From: Trypanosoma brucei
Taxonomy: Eukaryota
Reading direction: 5' to 3'
NCBI GenBank assembly: GCA_000002445.1
Contig: CH464491.1
Coordinates: forward strand, 3,904,001 to 3,968,000
Length of the DNA: 64,000 nucleotides
In this document: positions 45,501-54,598 of the stretch, one piece after another
Layout: every line of letters begins with the position of its first letter
Numbering within the stretch: position 1 is the first letter of the stretch
Position numbers and translations under genes: made by a program
The notes under the pieces: model-generated
What the model was told of the DNA's origin: nothing
Seen by the model: only the letters and a program-made list of their open reading frames with translations
Databases searched by the model: none

Positions 45501-45802
45501 TGGGAGAACATTTCTTCTTTCATACAAATCTCTGCAACACGGGACATTTGCTTTCGTCCGTGTTCCCTTTGCCTGGAAGATTCGATCGGTTTCTCGCCGG
45601 TAGTAATATCGTGCAAAAGATTATCCATGTTATCACTTTCAAAACCCAGTGAGTGAATTAATCGATCCTTGGTGAGTTTTTCATCGTCGCCCTCGTCATC
45701 GGTGTAATCTCTTCTGATGATCCGACTCCCGTGGATGTTTCGAGTCTGAATGGGTGCCAGCAACCGCAAAGGGAGGAAAAGCCCACTTAAGGCTCTTCTC
45801 AT
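42572..45802 (-). CDS. Hypothetical protein (~1076 aa)
   Basis: Long minus ORF 42572..45808. By hand reading the first codon looks like TTG and the first ATG (M-R-R-A-L...) lies 6 nt downstream, but the hand indexing was uncertain by 1 nt. No recognisable domain. Confidence 0.55.
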   Translation of the reverse strand: MRRALSGLFLPLRLLAPIQTRNIHGSRIIRRDYTDDEGDDEKLTKDRLIHSLGFESDNMDNLLHDITTGEKPIESSRQREHGRKQMSRVAEICMKEEMFSQVLKQLAAAHKGVVVEVPGGGERDVPAISEEDDTLHELINRLGLQVEKHTRIEKVDDLPEVRVQHAVLTLLGRALQQSLNGFRRECNKRFKARSAGKESEDVGHLLAWRCKVLKAYAECFASLTEVHHHFSNTVGDKNTGDNENASDVCTECLSSAAIISSGLSATVELRWHLSNCLKVAGAEDETLTSLDHSIMSCSSRLLTDASALLEETVSKGVRGTGGSAQPSLLHSVLLLAERTLGTLETTRGAACKDLSGSVNAFYSMMLCVLFSFTSFPPGATFQLESRCITTLRQLWAKIAPPLERRTSDSLMTHRTVHSTLNLRYLRCREGLHADNKFLQFLSSKPDSAFLVLELLNRVAAVWATRNEARDYDLIPAVNSSAVLCRTLLEMEIELYFLACSKTAKNWIVLVDPSTKKEGATQAQPPSESAWERVLVAASTVRVGVSSLIELYVRSYVSQDLQGPPPSNPRTKMAFTKHPACCFLKNISASFFPLLRRHYLDTLGSEVLVSCLQVFLLLKQLSDVMESGGGGDDRQSGQVAEALRVCGVPLSQAAEVAFFMSFLQYGCHVRPVSSSGISADSVVSPTIVSMYVREVLFALDYNTAKQLRHLRAKKVLHCFTGLRCDNGEKVDGRLLRRQAQSVLSVVHAHVMHPSFLWMPLHQLQEIFFILSHERQLTKGLRNTKGALGDEASETPSLFSVGSHGAKPRHFSRALGYLSLRLYVVTNVLRHYRIFLLRGDRRKGVGMPLNDSAVEERKRMRRQWSRDMAHLLHSKCSNLLAEVEGLNPANSTDQEKANWRALARLEATINLAVRNSLIYSVKKRKRMAALDAARERGEAEASVEAGDNTSPEDIGAEPSDGEGTADHKAPAERVFHLTLMRNDAEAPLGFSLHGSRSTIRRIVFKNDGVMGGASVAGNNTPFSAALREIGILDPHSVVGWRITQIDGTDVEDTSAIIPLIRGKRKFSMTLRPGDDNKS

Positions 45803-46345
45803 CCCCAATAATCAAGTTACCGGAAAAGAAAAAAAAAACTGTCTTGGGAATCAGGTTAAGAACAGAAAACGCGAAGACTGAGATTTCATCCACGGGGAGC
45901 AAGTACAATAAATAAAACCACGCACGGCTCTCTCATGTTGTTAAAAAATAAGGGGAGTGACAGTAGTCTTGCTAACATTTTTTTTTTTAGAAGGGACGAC
46001 GAAAATACCCCCGACAGGAATCACCCGCAGACCCTTCATGAGCTGTACTACGTGCCATCAACCCAGTAAACACCGCTGAGCCATTTGCGTAACCGAGAAA
46101 AATAATAGCAATAATAACGAGAATAAAAGTATTAATAGAAACGCTAATCGTCCCCGTACGGGCTTCAACATATCACATATGGTCCCATACCCATTGAATT
46201 ATATTTCCTTCAGTGCCATATTCAAAGTATCAACCCCCCCCTCTCTCTATTTCTTTCTTACATTAAATATCCCTTTCAATTTCTTTTATTTTCGTCGTCC
46301 TCTGTTTTTATCCTTCGCTACCGTTGCTACGCCCCGATTCGAAAC

Positions 46346-46660
46346 TTAAAATGAATAAGGTGCAAATCCGAAGAGAAAGCATATTCCAGTCAGCAAGGAA
46401 ACATACAACGGTGTGGGTTTCCGCGACTTCAAGTATCTGAATGCCATAACGGCAGAGAGCAGAAACGACATACACGCCTCGACACGGTTGGCCACCTTGT
46501 GATTGGAGTCACTCAAAAGGTAAATGAGGGAAACCGCTGAGATGAGTCCAGCGGAAACTCCGGCTGCTAAACTTGCGACACTATTCTTCTTGCTGTATCC
46601 CATGTAACCTCCCAAAGGGAGCAGTACGGCAAGAGTCCCTGAGGCAATTACGTTCGCCAT
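46346..46660 (-). CDS. TMEM14-family small membrane protein (104 aa, 4 predicted TM helices)
   Basis: ATG verified. The size, Gly/Ala/Ser-rich hydrophobic helices ('ASGTLAVLLPLGGYMGY', 'LAAGVSAGLISAVSLIYLL') and overall pattern match the TMEM14/DUF423 family. Confidence 0.55.
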   Translation of the reverse strand: MANVIASGTLAVLLPLGGYMGYSKKNSVASLAAGVSAGLISAVSLIYLLSDSNHKVANRVEACMSFLLSAVMAFRYLKSRKPTPLYVSLLTGICFLFGFAPYSF

Positions 46661-47021
46661 CTTAGATAAATTAAAGTATGGTTGGTGATAACTGCTCGAT
46701 ACACAAAAAAAAATGAGAGTGAAGGCGTGGATGTGTGCGTGTCCTCCTTACTATGACGTATCTCTCCGGTTTGTCACTAAGTTGTACAAGAGAGAAAAAT
46801 ACAGTGTGCATCGCCACACACAGTAAAAATAATATAGGCAAAAGCAACGGTAGAAGTTATCAAGACACCCTATGCGACCACATGGGAAGCAGTAAAAATA
46901 ATAGATGAATATTATTCACATATGGGAAATATCTATCTATGGCATTCAGCAGATCCGTCACACACCAGAAAACCTTCATGTCGTATCAGCACATGGCAAC
47001 CCCACCATACTGCCATCGCAA

Positions 47022-47873
47022 TTACCCAATTGTTGAATGTGAAGGGTTTGCTTTCACGGTGGAAATACCTTTTCTCCACGGCACGTTCACTCTACTACGG
47101 TAACGTTCTCTACGAAGGTAATCTCCGGTTAGATCCACTGGTTTTGTCGGATTTAAGCAAATGTCTTCGAGAGCCGAGTCGGATCCAAAACCGTCCAAAA
47201 CAGGCTGAGTTGGTGACTCTGCCGCAGATCCCGCTGGGAGCGTTTCATTGATTTTACTTAGTTGCTCCTTGTGAACAACAAGAAGTGGGCACGGACTCGT
47301 GTACAAGTTCCGCCACGCGTTTGGTACATCAACAGACTGTGTTGATGTCACGAAGTAGTTCAGCATACCTTTGGGAGCATACTGCGGGCTACCAACGCAC
47401 CACTGTGCATTATTTTCCGTCAAGGGTGGGACAGCGTGCTTAACATAGGGAGGATTTTGAGGTGCCTCCGTGGTCAATGTGCCCGCTGCAATTGGTTGAA
47501 TATTTCTCTCGTAATCCTCCACCTGACGGAAAAACACAGTCCAGTCCTCTTCTTCACTGGACCACATGATATGCACAACACAGAGACGAGCCGCTCCCGC
47601 GTCCGTGGACCTCACCTCTACCATCCGCGCACCGACGCGACGAGTAATGCCACCAATCTCAACAGCATCACTGCTTCCGATGATAGTTTCTTCATGAAGA
47701 GCTACAATGTAAAGGTGCTCTGTCTCAGGCGAACTGCGTACAACCATTTCAGTAGGCGTACTGTTCACTCGACAACGGGCGCCCCGTCTACAAAACCGTA
47801 CCTCTATGCATCGCTCCGTTGTTGCATCGTCTACCCAATCACAACCAAGCACTTCGACACGGAAACGAAGCAT
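47022..47873 (-). CDS. Hypothetical protein, 283 aa
   Basis: Minus ORF with a verified ATG and no recognisable domain. Confidence 0.5.
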   Translation of the reverse strand: MLRFRVEVLGCDWVDDATTERCIEVRFCRRGARCRVNSTPTEMVVRSSPETEHLYIVALHEETIIGSSDAVEIGGITRRVGARMVEVRSTDAGAARLCVVHIMWSSEEEDWTVFFRQVEDYERNIQPIAAGTLTTEAPQNPPYVKHAVPPLTENNAQWCVGSPQYAPKGMLNYFVTSTQSVDVPNAWRNLYTSPCPLLVVHKEQLSKINETLPAGSAAESPTQPVLDGFGSDSALEDICLNPTKPVDLTGDYLRRERYRSRVNVPWRKGISTVKANPSHSTIG

Positions 47874-49715
47874 TTTATAACTGGAAAAAAAAATATGCGG
47901 AAGGGGAAAAAAGAATAGAATTGTTGAAGGAAGCCCACTGTGAATAGGTGCAACTCACGTCCACAGGCAAAAGCAAAAAAAAAACTTTGGCACCAAAATG
48001 GGTGAGTACAAATGTGCATGCCGGTCAGCGACTCACCATTACCAGGCATCGACGGAACCGGCAATCGTTGCAATCTGCAAACTGCGATGCCAGTCGTTAG
48101 GGGTACAATGGTAACATAATTCCTGCTCATTCCCTTGTGGTGCTATGGAGAATGTCATAATGAAGAGACGCCCGCTTGAATTCTTCTCCAATAAAAATGA
48201 GGTGTGGGGATTACAAAAGGAACAGTAGCGGTAGCACCCCATACTACAAGACCTTTTCTGCTGGTAAGACAAATTGTCCAACACCCACCAAACTCCATAA
48301 GTTGAGGGCATGGAGGAGCAAAAAAACCTCAAAAAAAAACAAACCTCACATCCTGGATCTGGTGTAGGCGAGTTGGTAATACGGTGAACTTACGGGACTA
48401 CAAATAGGACAGAAAAACGTGTCAATGGGAAGTGCGCTACATGCACAAACAGATTCCCCACCGATGGGTATTGAACGCCTTTGAACCGCTACTACATTTG
48501 AAAACTCCACAAGATCAATAGTAACTGGACAATATGCATGGTTAGGAGGTTGAGGAAGTGTCGCCCACAGGGAAGCACACTCAAAGGCACAAGGTTTGAG
48601 ACCGGAGGACGCAAGTGGTTCCCCTCCATGTCCAATTTTGTAGCAGAGTCTGCCCACAATACTGAGCACATTGTACTCCAAAGGTTCCGATAAAATAAAG
48701 TCACAACTTACACAAAGTGATCTGTGTGCCGTTCGTCAAGGGTAAACAGTTCTCTTCATTTTCGGTGCTGCACATGCCGTTGGTGGAAAGCCGTCAGAAA
48801 ACAAAAGAAGGGGAAATTGCCTCCACACAAAGAATCTTTCTCCACTCACATGGAACTCAAATCACTTTCTGGACTACGGTTGATCCATAAAGACGTTAAC
48901 TGCGGAGCCACAGTGCACTACTTTGGATACACACTGCATGGTTACCATTTATCAACTGAAAAGTCTTCCTTTACAAGAATACCTTCAGAAAAAAAAGTGA
49001 AATTAAGCGATAGGATGGCGGAAGGTGAAAATACCATAGGATCAGCTGTCAACAAAGACGCCACCTACTACACTATGTTCATACTGGTGGAAATTTCATC
49101 TACTTGTGAGGTAAAGAGACGCATTGAAGTAATACATCGATGTACAAGTTTGACAAAAAACTCAAAATACATCCGCTCCCCGCTTGCACTTTTCCCTTTC
49201 GTTATCGGTTCCCTAAAAAGCGGTAAACGTTGGATTGTTTTTGAAATACAACGAAGACACACACCATTTCCTTTGTTTCCTATAACTCATTATTTACATG
49301 TGCCAACTGCAGCAATCGGTTACAAAAATTCACTTGGTTAAGCTATACATAGTAGCTCGTAACATACAAAAAACATCAAAACGGTCCAATTGGACGACTA
49401 ACTACGACACACAAACGTGCTCTCCTTCAACCATATCAAAATGAAAACCCAGCGAAAAAAGATTCAGCAGCATCCCATGCTTCTCCAACGTCATAGTTTT
49501 GTGAGGTACACTAAAAAGAAAATCGTAGAAATTACACATCAGAATATATTTCGCTTTGTCCTTTCAATGAAACGAATGAACCCAGAACGTCGCACATCAG
49601 CATATGCAGCTGAATGGGACAAGAACGCCTTATCACAGAAAAGTCACAGATAAAGTCACATAGCATATAATGAGTAATTCTCACATACTTCCTACTTCCT
49701 CAACAATATTCCTTC

Positions 49716-52700
49716 TTACGCATCACCCTCACCAGTTGGTTGTTCGGTGGCATCTTCAGCCTGTTCTCCTGGTTGTTCAGTGGCATCTTCAGCTTGTTCA
49801 GCTGGTTGTTCAGTGGCATCTTCAACACCTTCAGCAGCAACTTGTTCGCCAGCATCTTCACTTGCAGGCTTCTTTGGAGAAGACCCAGTTGATGCCTCCT
49901 TGGGAATATCAGCCTCATCAAGTTCTTCATGCTCATCTGTTTGCTCAGCTGCAGTTTCTTGAGCAACCTCCTCGGCTGGTTGTTCAGTGGCATCTTCAGC
50001 TTGTTCAGCTGGTTGTTCAGTGGCATCTTCAACACCTTCAGCAGCAACTTGTTCGCCAGCATCTTCACTTGCAGGCTTCTTTGGAGAAGACCCAGTTGAT
50101 GCCTCTTTGGGAATATCAGCCTCATCAAGTTCTTCATGCTCATCTGTTTGCTCAGCTGCAGTTTCTTGAGCAACCTCCTCGGCTGGTTGTTCAGTGGCAT
50201 CCTCAGCCTGTTCAGCTGGTTGTTCAGTGGTATCTTCAGCTTGTTCTCCTGGTTGTTCGGTGGCATCTTCCGCCTCCTCAGCTGGTTGTTCAGTGGTATC
50301 TTCAGCTTGTTCAGTTGGTTGTTCAGTGGTATCTTCCGCCTCCTCAGCTGGTTGTTCAGTGGTATCTTCAGCTTGTTCAGCTGGTTGTTCAGTGGTATCT
50401 TCAACACCTTCAGCAGCAACTTGTTCGCCAGCATCTTCACTTGCAGGCTTCTTTGGAGAAGACCCAGTTGATGCCTCTTTGGGAATATCAGCCTCATCAA
50501 GTTCTTCATGCTCATCTGGTTGTTCAGTGGCATCCTCAGCCTGTTCAGCTGGTTGTTCAGTGGCATCTTCAGCTTGTTCAGTTGGTTGTTCAGTGGTATC
50601 TTCCGCCTCCTCAGCTGGTTGTTCAGTGGTATCTTCAGCTTGTTCAGCTGGTTGTTCAGTGGTATCTTCAGCTTGTTCTCCTGGTTGTTCAGTGGTATCT
50701 TCAGCCTGTTCAGCTGATTGTTCAGTGGCATCTTCAGCCTGTTCAGCTGGTTGTTCAGTGGCATCTTCAACACCTTCAGCAGCAACTTGTTCGCCGGCAT
50801 CTTCACTTGCAGGCTTCTTTGGAGAAGACCCAGTTGATGCCTCTTTGGGAATATCAGCCTCATCAAGTTCTTCATGCTCATCTGGTTGTTCAGTGGCATC
50901 CTCAGCCTGTTCAGCTGGTTGTTCAGTGGCATCTTCAGCTTGTTCAGTTGGTTGTTCAGTGGTATCTTCCGCCTCCTCAGCTGGTTGTTCAGTGGTATCT
51001 TCAGCTTGTTCAGCTGGTTGTTCAGTGGTATCTTCAGCTTGTTCTCCTGGTTGTTCAGTGGTATCTTCAGCCTGTTCAGCTGATTGTTCAGTGGCATCTT
51101 CAGCCTGTTCAGCTGGTTGTTCAGTGGCATCTTCAACACCTTCAGCAGCAACTTGTTCGCCGGCATCTTCACTTGCAGGCTTCTTTGGAGAAGACCCAGT
51201 TGATGCCTCCTTGGGAATATCAGCCTCATCAAGTTCTTCATGCTCATCTGTTTGCTCAGCTGCAGTTTCCTGAGCAACCTCCTCAGCTGGTTGTTCAGTG
51301 GTATCTTCAGCCTGTTCAGCTGATTGTTCAGTGGCATCTTCAACACCTTCAGCAGCAACTTGTTCGCCGGCATCTTCACTTGCAGGCTTCTTTGGAGAAG
51401 ACCCAGTTGATGCCTCTTTGGGAATATCAGCCTCATCAAGTTCTTCATGCTCAGCTGGTTGTTCAGTGGCATCCTCAGCCTGTTCAGCTGATTGTTCAGT
51501 GGCATCTTCAACACCTTCAGCAGCAACTTGTTCGCCAGCATCTTCACTTGCAGGCTTCTTTGGAGAAGACCCAGTTGATGCCTCTTTGGGAATATCAGCC
51601 TCATCAAGTTCTTCATGCTCATCTGTTTGCTCAGCTGCAGTTTCCTGAGCAACCTCCTCAGCTGGTTGTTCAGTGGCATCTTCAGCCTGTTCAGCTGGTT
51701 GTTCAGTGGCATCTTCAACACCTTCAGCAGCAACTTGTTCGCCGGCATCTTCACTTGCAGGCTTCTTTGGAGAAGACCCAGTTGATGCCTCCTTGGGAAT
51801 ATCAGCCTCATCAAGTTCTTCATGCTCAGCTGGTTGTTCAGTGGCATCCTCAGCCTGTTCAGCTGATTGTTCAGTGGCATCTTCAACACCTTCAGCAGCA
51901 ACTTGTTCGCCAGCATCTTCACTTGCAGGCTTCTTTGGAGAAGACCCAGTTGATGCCTCTTTGGGAATATCAGCCTCATCAAGTTCTTCATGCTCATCTG
52001 TTTGCTCAGCTGCAGTTTCCTGAGCAACCTCCTCAGCTGGTTGTTCAGTGGCATCTTCAGCCTGTTCAGCTGGTTGTTCAGTGGCATCTTCAACACCTTC
52101 AGCAGCAACTTGTTCGCCGGCATCTTCACTTGCAGGCTTCTTTGGAGAAGACCCAGTTGATGCCTCCTTGGGAATATCAGCCTCATCAAGCTCCTCATGC
52201 TCTTCAACCTCCTGTCTAGGTGTCACCGATCGTGACGACTCAGCCGACGACTCATGAACAGGCGGGTACTTGTTGGCCTCTCTTGCTTTAGCCTCCGCAG
52301 CCTCCCTTATCTTCTCTGGTAAGCACGTCAACATGCGCATCAGTGGAGTGCAGCTGGTTCCATGCCACGCTATCGTCGCGGTAAGCTTACCATATGGTCC
52401 ATATGATTCTCGTGTACACTCGAGAGTCTTCTCCCAAAGCTCCTTTTGCTCTTCCTCCTCAATGAAATACCGTTCTGCTGTCTCGCACCGACTCGTTGAA
52501 TACAACCGTACGCCGTACATATCAAACAACCAGCGGAGCATACATTTCCATTCCTCCAGCTCCTCCGCCTCAACGACAGCACGGGAGTCTAGGTGCTCTT
52601 CCTCGAAAGTTTTTTCTTTAACAGGGCCTTTGGTACGTTCAACGCACTGACGGCGGAAGAACTCAGGTGGAGCGTAGCGAAAGACGCCACGTCGGATGAC

Positions 52701-53234
52701 GACACGCTGGTCTGCCTCAGTTTGCTGTATGCGTTCACGGACCTCATTCTCATGATCAACGAGTTGACGTAGACACACCAGCAAAAACCACGAATGCGAA
52801 CATTCCTTTTCAACTTTCTCACGGAGGCGATGCTCGACACCACTGAGCCACGTTCGCAACTCTTCTTCCTCCTTTAACAGCGTGAAGTACTTCGCCCGTG
52901 GAAAGGCACGGATGAGTGGCTGCTGCCGCACCAATGGATTTTGTTGACGCTGCCTTATCAACTCTAGGTTGGTTTGCCTCATGCCCAGCGTAATTAAACG
53001 TGTGAGACTCGGCTCGAATTTTAGAGTCGGGTTACGCTCGATTTCTTTCCTCTCGGCAATCATCACACCTCGTTCATGCATAAGATCAGCGAGTGCGTGG
53101 CTTAACTGTTCTTCAATAGCCTTTCGCTCCCCTGTCTCCTCACGGCACAAACGCAGCAGTAACTCATGGTGAGTTGGAACGCGTGAAACAAGAGAGTTAT
53201 AGTAATCGGCAAAGTTCTTGTGGACAACGGCCAT
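49716..53234 (-). CDS. Highly acidic tandem-repeat protein: unique N-terminal domain (~330 aa) followed by ~10 nested repeats
   Basis: 1172-aa minus ORF with ATG verified. The N-terminal domain is non-repetitive (MAVVHKNFADYYNSLVSRVPTHHELLLRL...). From about residue 330 it carries ~10 copies of the 37-aa core 'EHEELDEADIPKEASTGSSPKKPASEDAGEQVAAEGV'. Each core is followed by 2-9 copies of an 11-aa unit 'EDxTEQPxEQA' (33 nt) and often by 'EEVAQETAAEQTD'. Nucleotide periods of 33, 240, 366 and 375 nt are visible. Confidence 0.7.
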   Translation of the reverse strand: MAVVHKNFADYYNSLVSRVPTHHELLLRLCREETGERKAIEEQLSHALADLMHERGVMIAERKEIERNPTLKFEPSLTRLITLGMRQTNLELIRQRQQNPLVRQQPLIRAFPRAKYFTLLKEEEELRTWLSGVEHRLREKVEKECSHSWFLLVCLRQLVDHENEVRERIQQTEADQRVVIRRGVFRYAPPEFFRRQCVERTKGPVKEKTFEEEHLDSRAVVEAEELEEWKCMLRWLFDMYGVRLYSTSRCETAERYFIEEEEQKELWEKTLECTRESYGPYGKLTATIAWHGTSCTPLMRMLTCLPEKIREAAEAKAREANKYPPVHESSAESSRSVTPRQEVEEHEELDEADIPKEASTGSSPKKPASEDAGEQVAAEGVEDATEQPAEQAEDATEQPAEEVAQETAAEQTDEHEELDEADIPKEASTGSSPKKPASEDAGEQVAAEGVEDATEQSAEQAEDATEQPAEHEELDEADIPKEASTGSSPKKPASEDAGEQVAAEGVEDATEQPAEQAEDATEQPAEEVAQETAAEQTDEHEELDEADIPKEASTGSSPKKPASEDAGEQVAAEGVEDATEQSAEQAEDATEQPAEHEELDEADIPKEASTGSSPKKPASEDAGEQVAAEGVEDATEQSAEQAEDTTEQPAEEVAQETAAEQTDEHEELDEADIPKEASTGSSPKKPASEDAGEQVAAEGVEDATEQPAEQAEDATEQSAEQAEDTTEQPGEQAEDTTEQPAEQAEDTTEQPAEEAEDTTEQPTEQAEDATEQPAEQAEDATEQPDEHEELDEADIPKEASTGSSPKKPASEDAGEQVAAEGVEDATEQPAEQAEDATEQSAEQAEDTTEQPGEQAEDTTEQPAEQAEDTTEQPAEEAEDTTEQPTEQAEDATEQPAEQAEDATEQPDEHEELDEADIPKEASTGSSPKKPASEDAGEQVAAEGVEDTTEQPAEQAEDTTEQPAEEAEDTTEQPTEQAEDTTEQPAEEAEDATEQPGEQAEDTTEQPAEQAEDATEQPAEEVAQETAAEQTDEHEELDEADIPKEASTGSSPKKPASEDAGEQVAAEGVEDATEQPAEQAEDATEQPAEEVAQETAAEQTDEHEELDEADIPKEASTGSSPKKPASEDAGEQVAAEGVEDATEQPAEQAEDATEQPGEQAEDATEQPTGEGDA
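49730..52230. repeat. Nested tandem repeat array (33-nt subunit; 240-375-nt higher-order units; near-identical copies)
   Basis: Direct reading: 'gctggttgttcagtggcatcttcagcctgttca' recurs with 33-nt phase. The identical plus-frame ORFs 50508..50717 and 50874..51083 (366 nt apart), and 51298..51648 versus 51673..52023 (375 nt apart), show higher-order units copied at nucleotide level. Confidence 0.9.
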
Positions 53235-54598
53235 GTCTCCGCTTTACTTGATGTAATACCGAATAATAAAAAAACTGCAGTGGGTAAGTAGAGAAGTGGT
53301 AGTCCGACAACGCCCTTTTTTTTTCTCCCTCTTTCTTTGGTTTCCTCAAGAATAAGTGTTCTTCGTGAGCGGCCCCCAACCCGTATTGCCACGTGCGTGG
53401 TATATGATCAATGCTTGTTTTTGCTTCGCCACTCTCTTCCTTTTTTTGAATGTTACTCTTTAGTCAATACAATAAGAAGATTTTTAAAATTTTTTCTGTC
53501 TCTGCTCTCTTTACACTCCTGGAAATAAAGTGTGTTTGAAGCAAGGGAGTCAACCGCAAGGCAGAATTATTGTTAACAAGTTACAGCATGCAGAATAAGT
53601 TTGGTGCAGCAGCGACGCGGATATAAAAATTAAGACGCGTTATTTTAAATGAAAACAGAAGTAAATTGATAAGGAGAAAAACAGTTGGCGTGAGCCTCCT
53701 TCGGGCAGCGGGGACGGTACAAAATATACAAGTAAATCATGAACGTTTGCACGAAAGGGAGAAGAAGCCATGCCACATGCACACCTTTAACTTATTTTCA
53801 CTCTTTCGCTGTTTCCCTTTCTTCCTTCCATGTTGAGAGAACATTCCCAGAAACTCGCTAGTTTTCATAAACTACAAATATATAAACAAACATATATATA
53901 TGTGTGTGTGTTACGTGTGCTTGCTCTCGACAAAATAAGACAAATCATTGTGTATCACTTTACACGTACGTATGTGCCTTAAACCCTCTCCCCACACCTC
54001 AAGGCACCGCAGCAAAATGCCGCAGAAGGTCAGGGAGGTAAGCGCATTTAAAAGGTAAATGGGACAAGCAACATCCTGCTCCAGTCGCAAAAAGATAGAA
54101 GTTTGACAATTAATACAGAACAAACGAAAACAAAACCAAGGTATAAAAAATGGATCCCAACACTTCCGAAATAAACTCCTTTTACCGTTCAGCCGCTGTG
54201 CTCTGCAGAGCATTGACGACCAAACCGTTACTGTGGTGAACAGTACTTCGACCTCCACCCCTTCTCCAAATGAACTTACCAGTCTGTGAAGAACCCGCAC
54301 GCACAACGCGGGGGGAGGGAGGGGGAGGGGGAAATGCCCCTTCCTTTTGTTTATGTGTCCCTCATGTGGATCACAAAGAAACAAAAAAGAAAGAGGGACG
54401 ATTGGGGTACATACGTCTCCTGCCTTTATCAATATGCACCCAGTCGGAATCGTCTACAACTCATACACATTTCCGATACCTCCATTATGCGCCATTATGC
54501 GTCCCTATGCAGCATGTACGCACCCCCTCCGAATGCGGCTCACTGCATGCACTCGCGCATCCGACAGTAGTGGCGCACACTCAATTTAAATTCTCTCA

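Noticed and set aside
48724-49341. 205-aa plus-strand ORF in the spacer upstream of the repeat gene
   Set aside because: Opposite to the orientation of the transcription unit, no domain, and overlapped by minus-strand ORFs. Most likely spurious.
49670-52230. Interpretation of the tandem repeat as a CRISPR array or other prokaryotic repeat element
   Set aside because: The sequence is eukaryotic (kinetoplastid gene content, intronless transcription unit). The repeats are in-frame codon repeats continuous with a unique N-terminal coding domain, not repeat-spacer units.
53911-54432. 173-aa minus ORF in the spacer between the repeat gene and the membrane-protein gene
   Set aside because: The sequence is random-looking with no domain. 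It lies in a region with the composition of a UTR (microsatellite, poly-purine runs) and has no supporting features.
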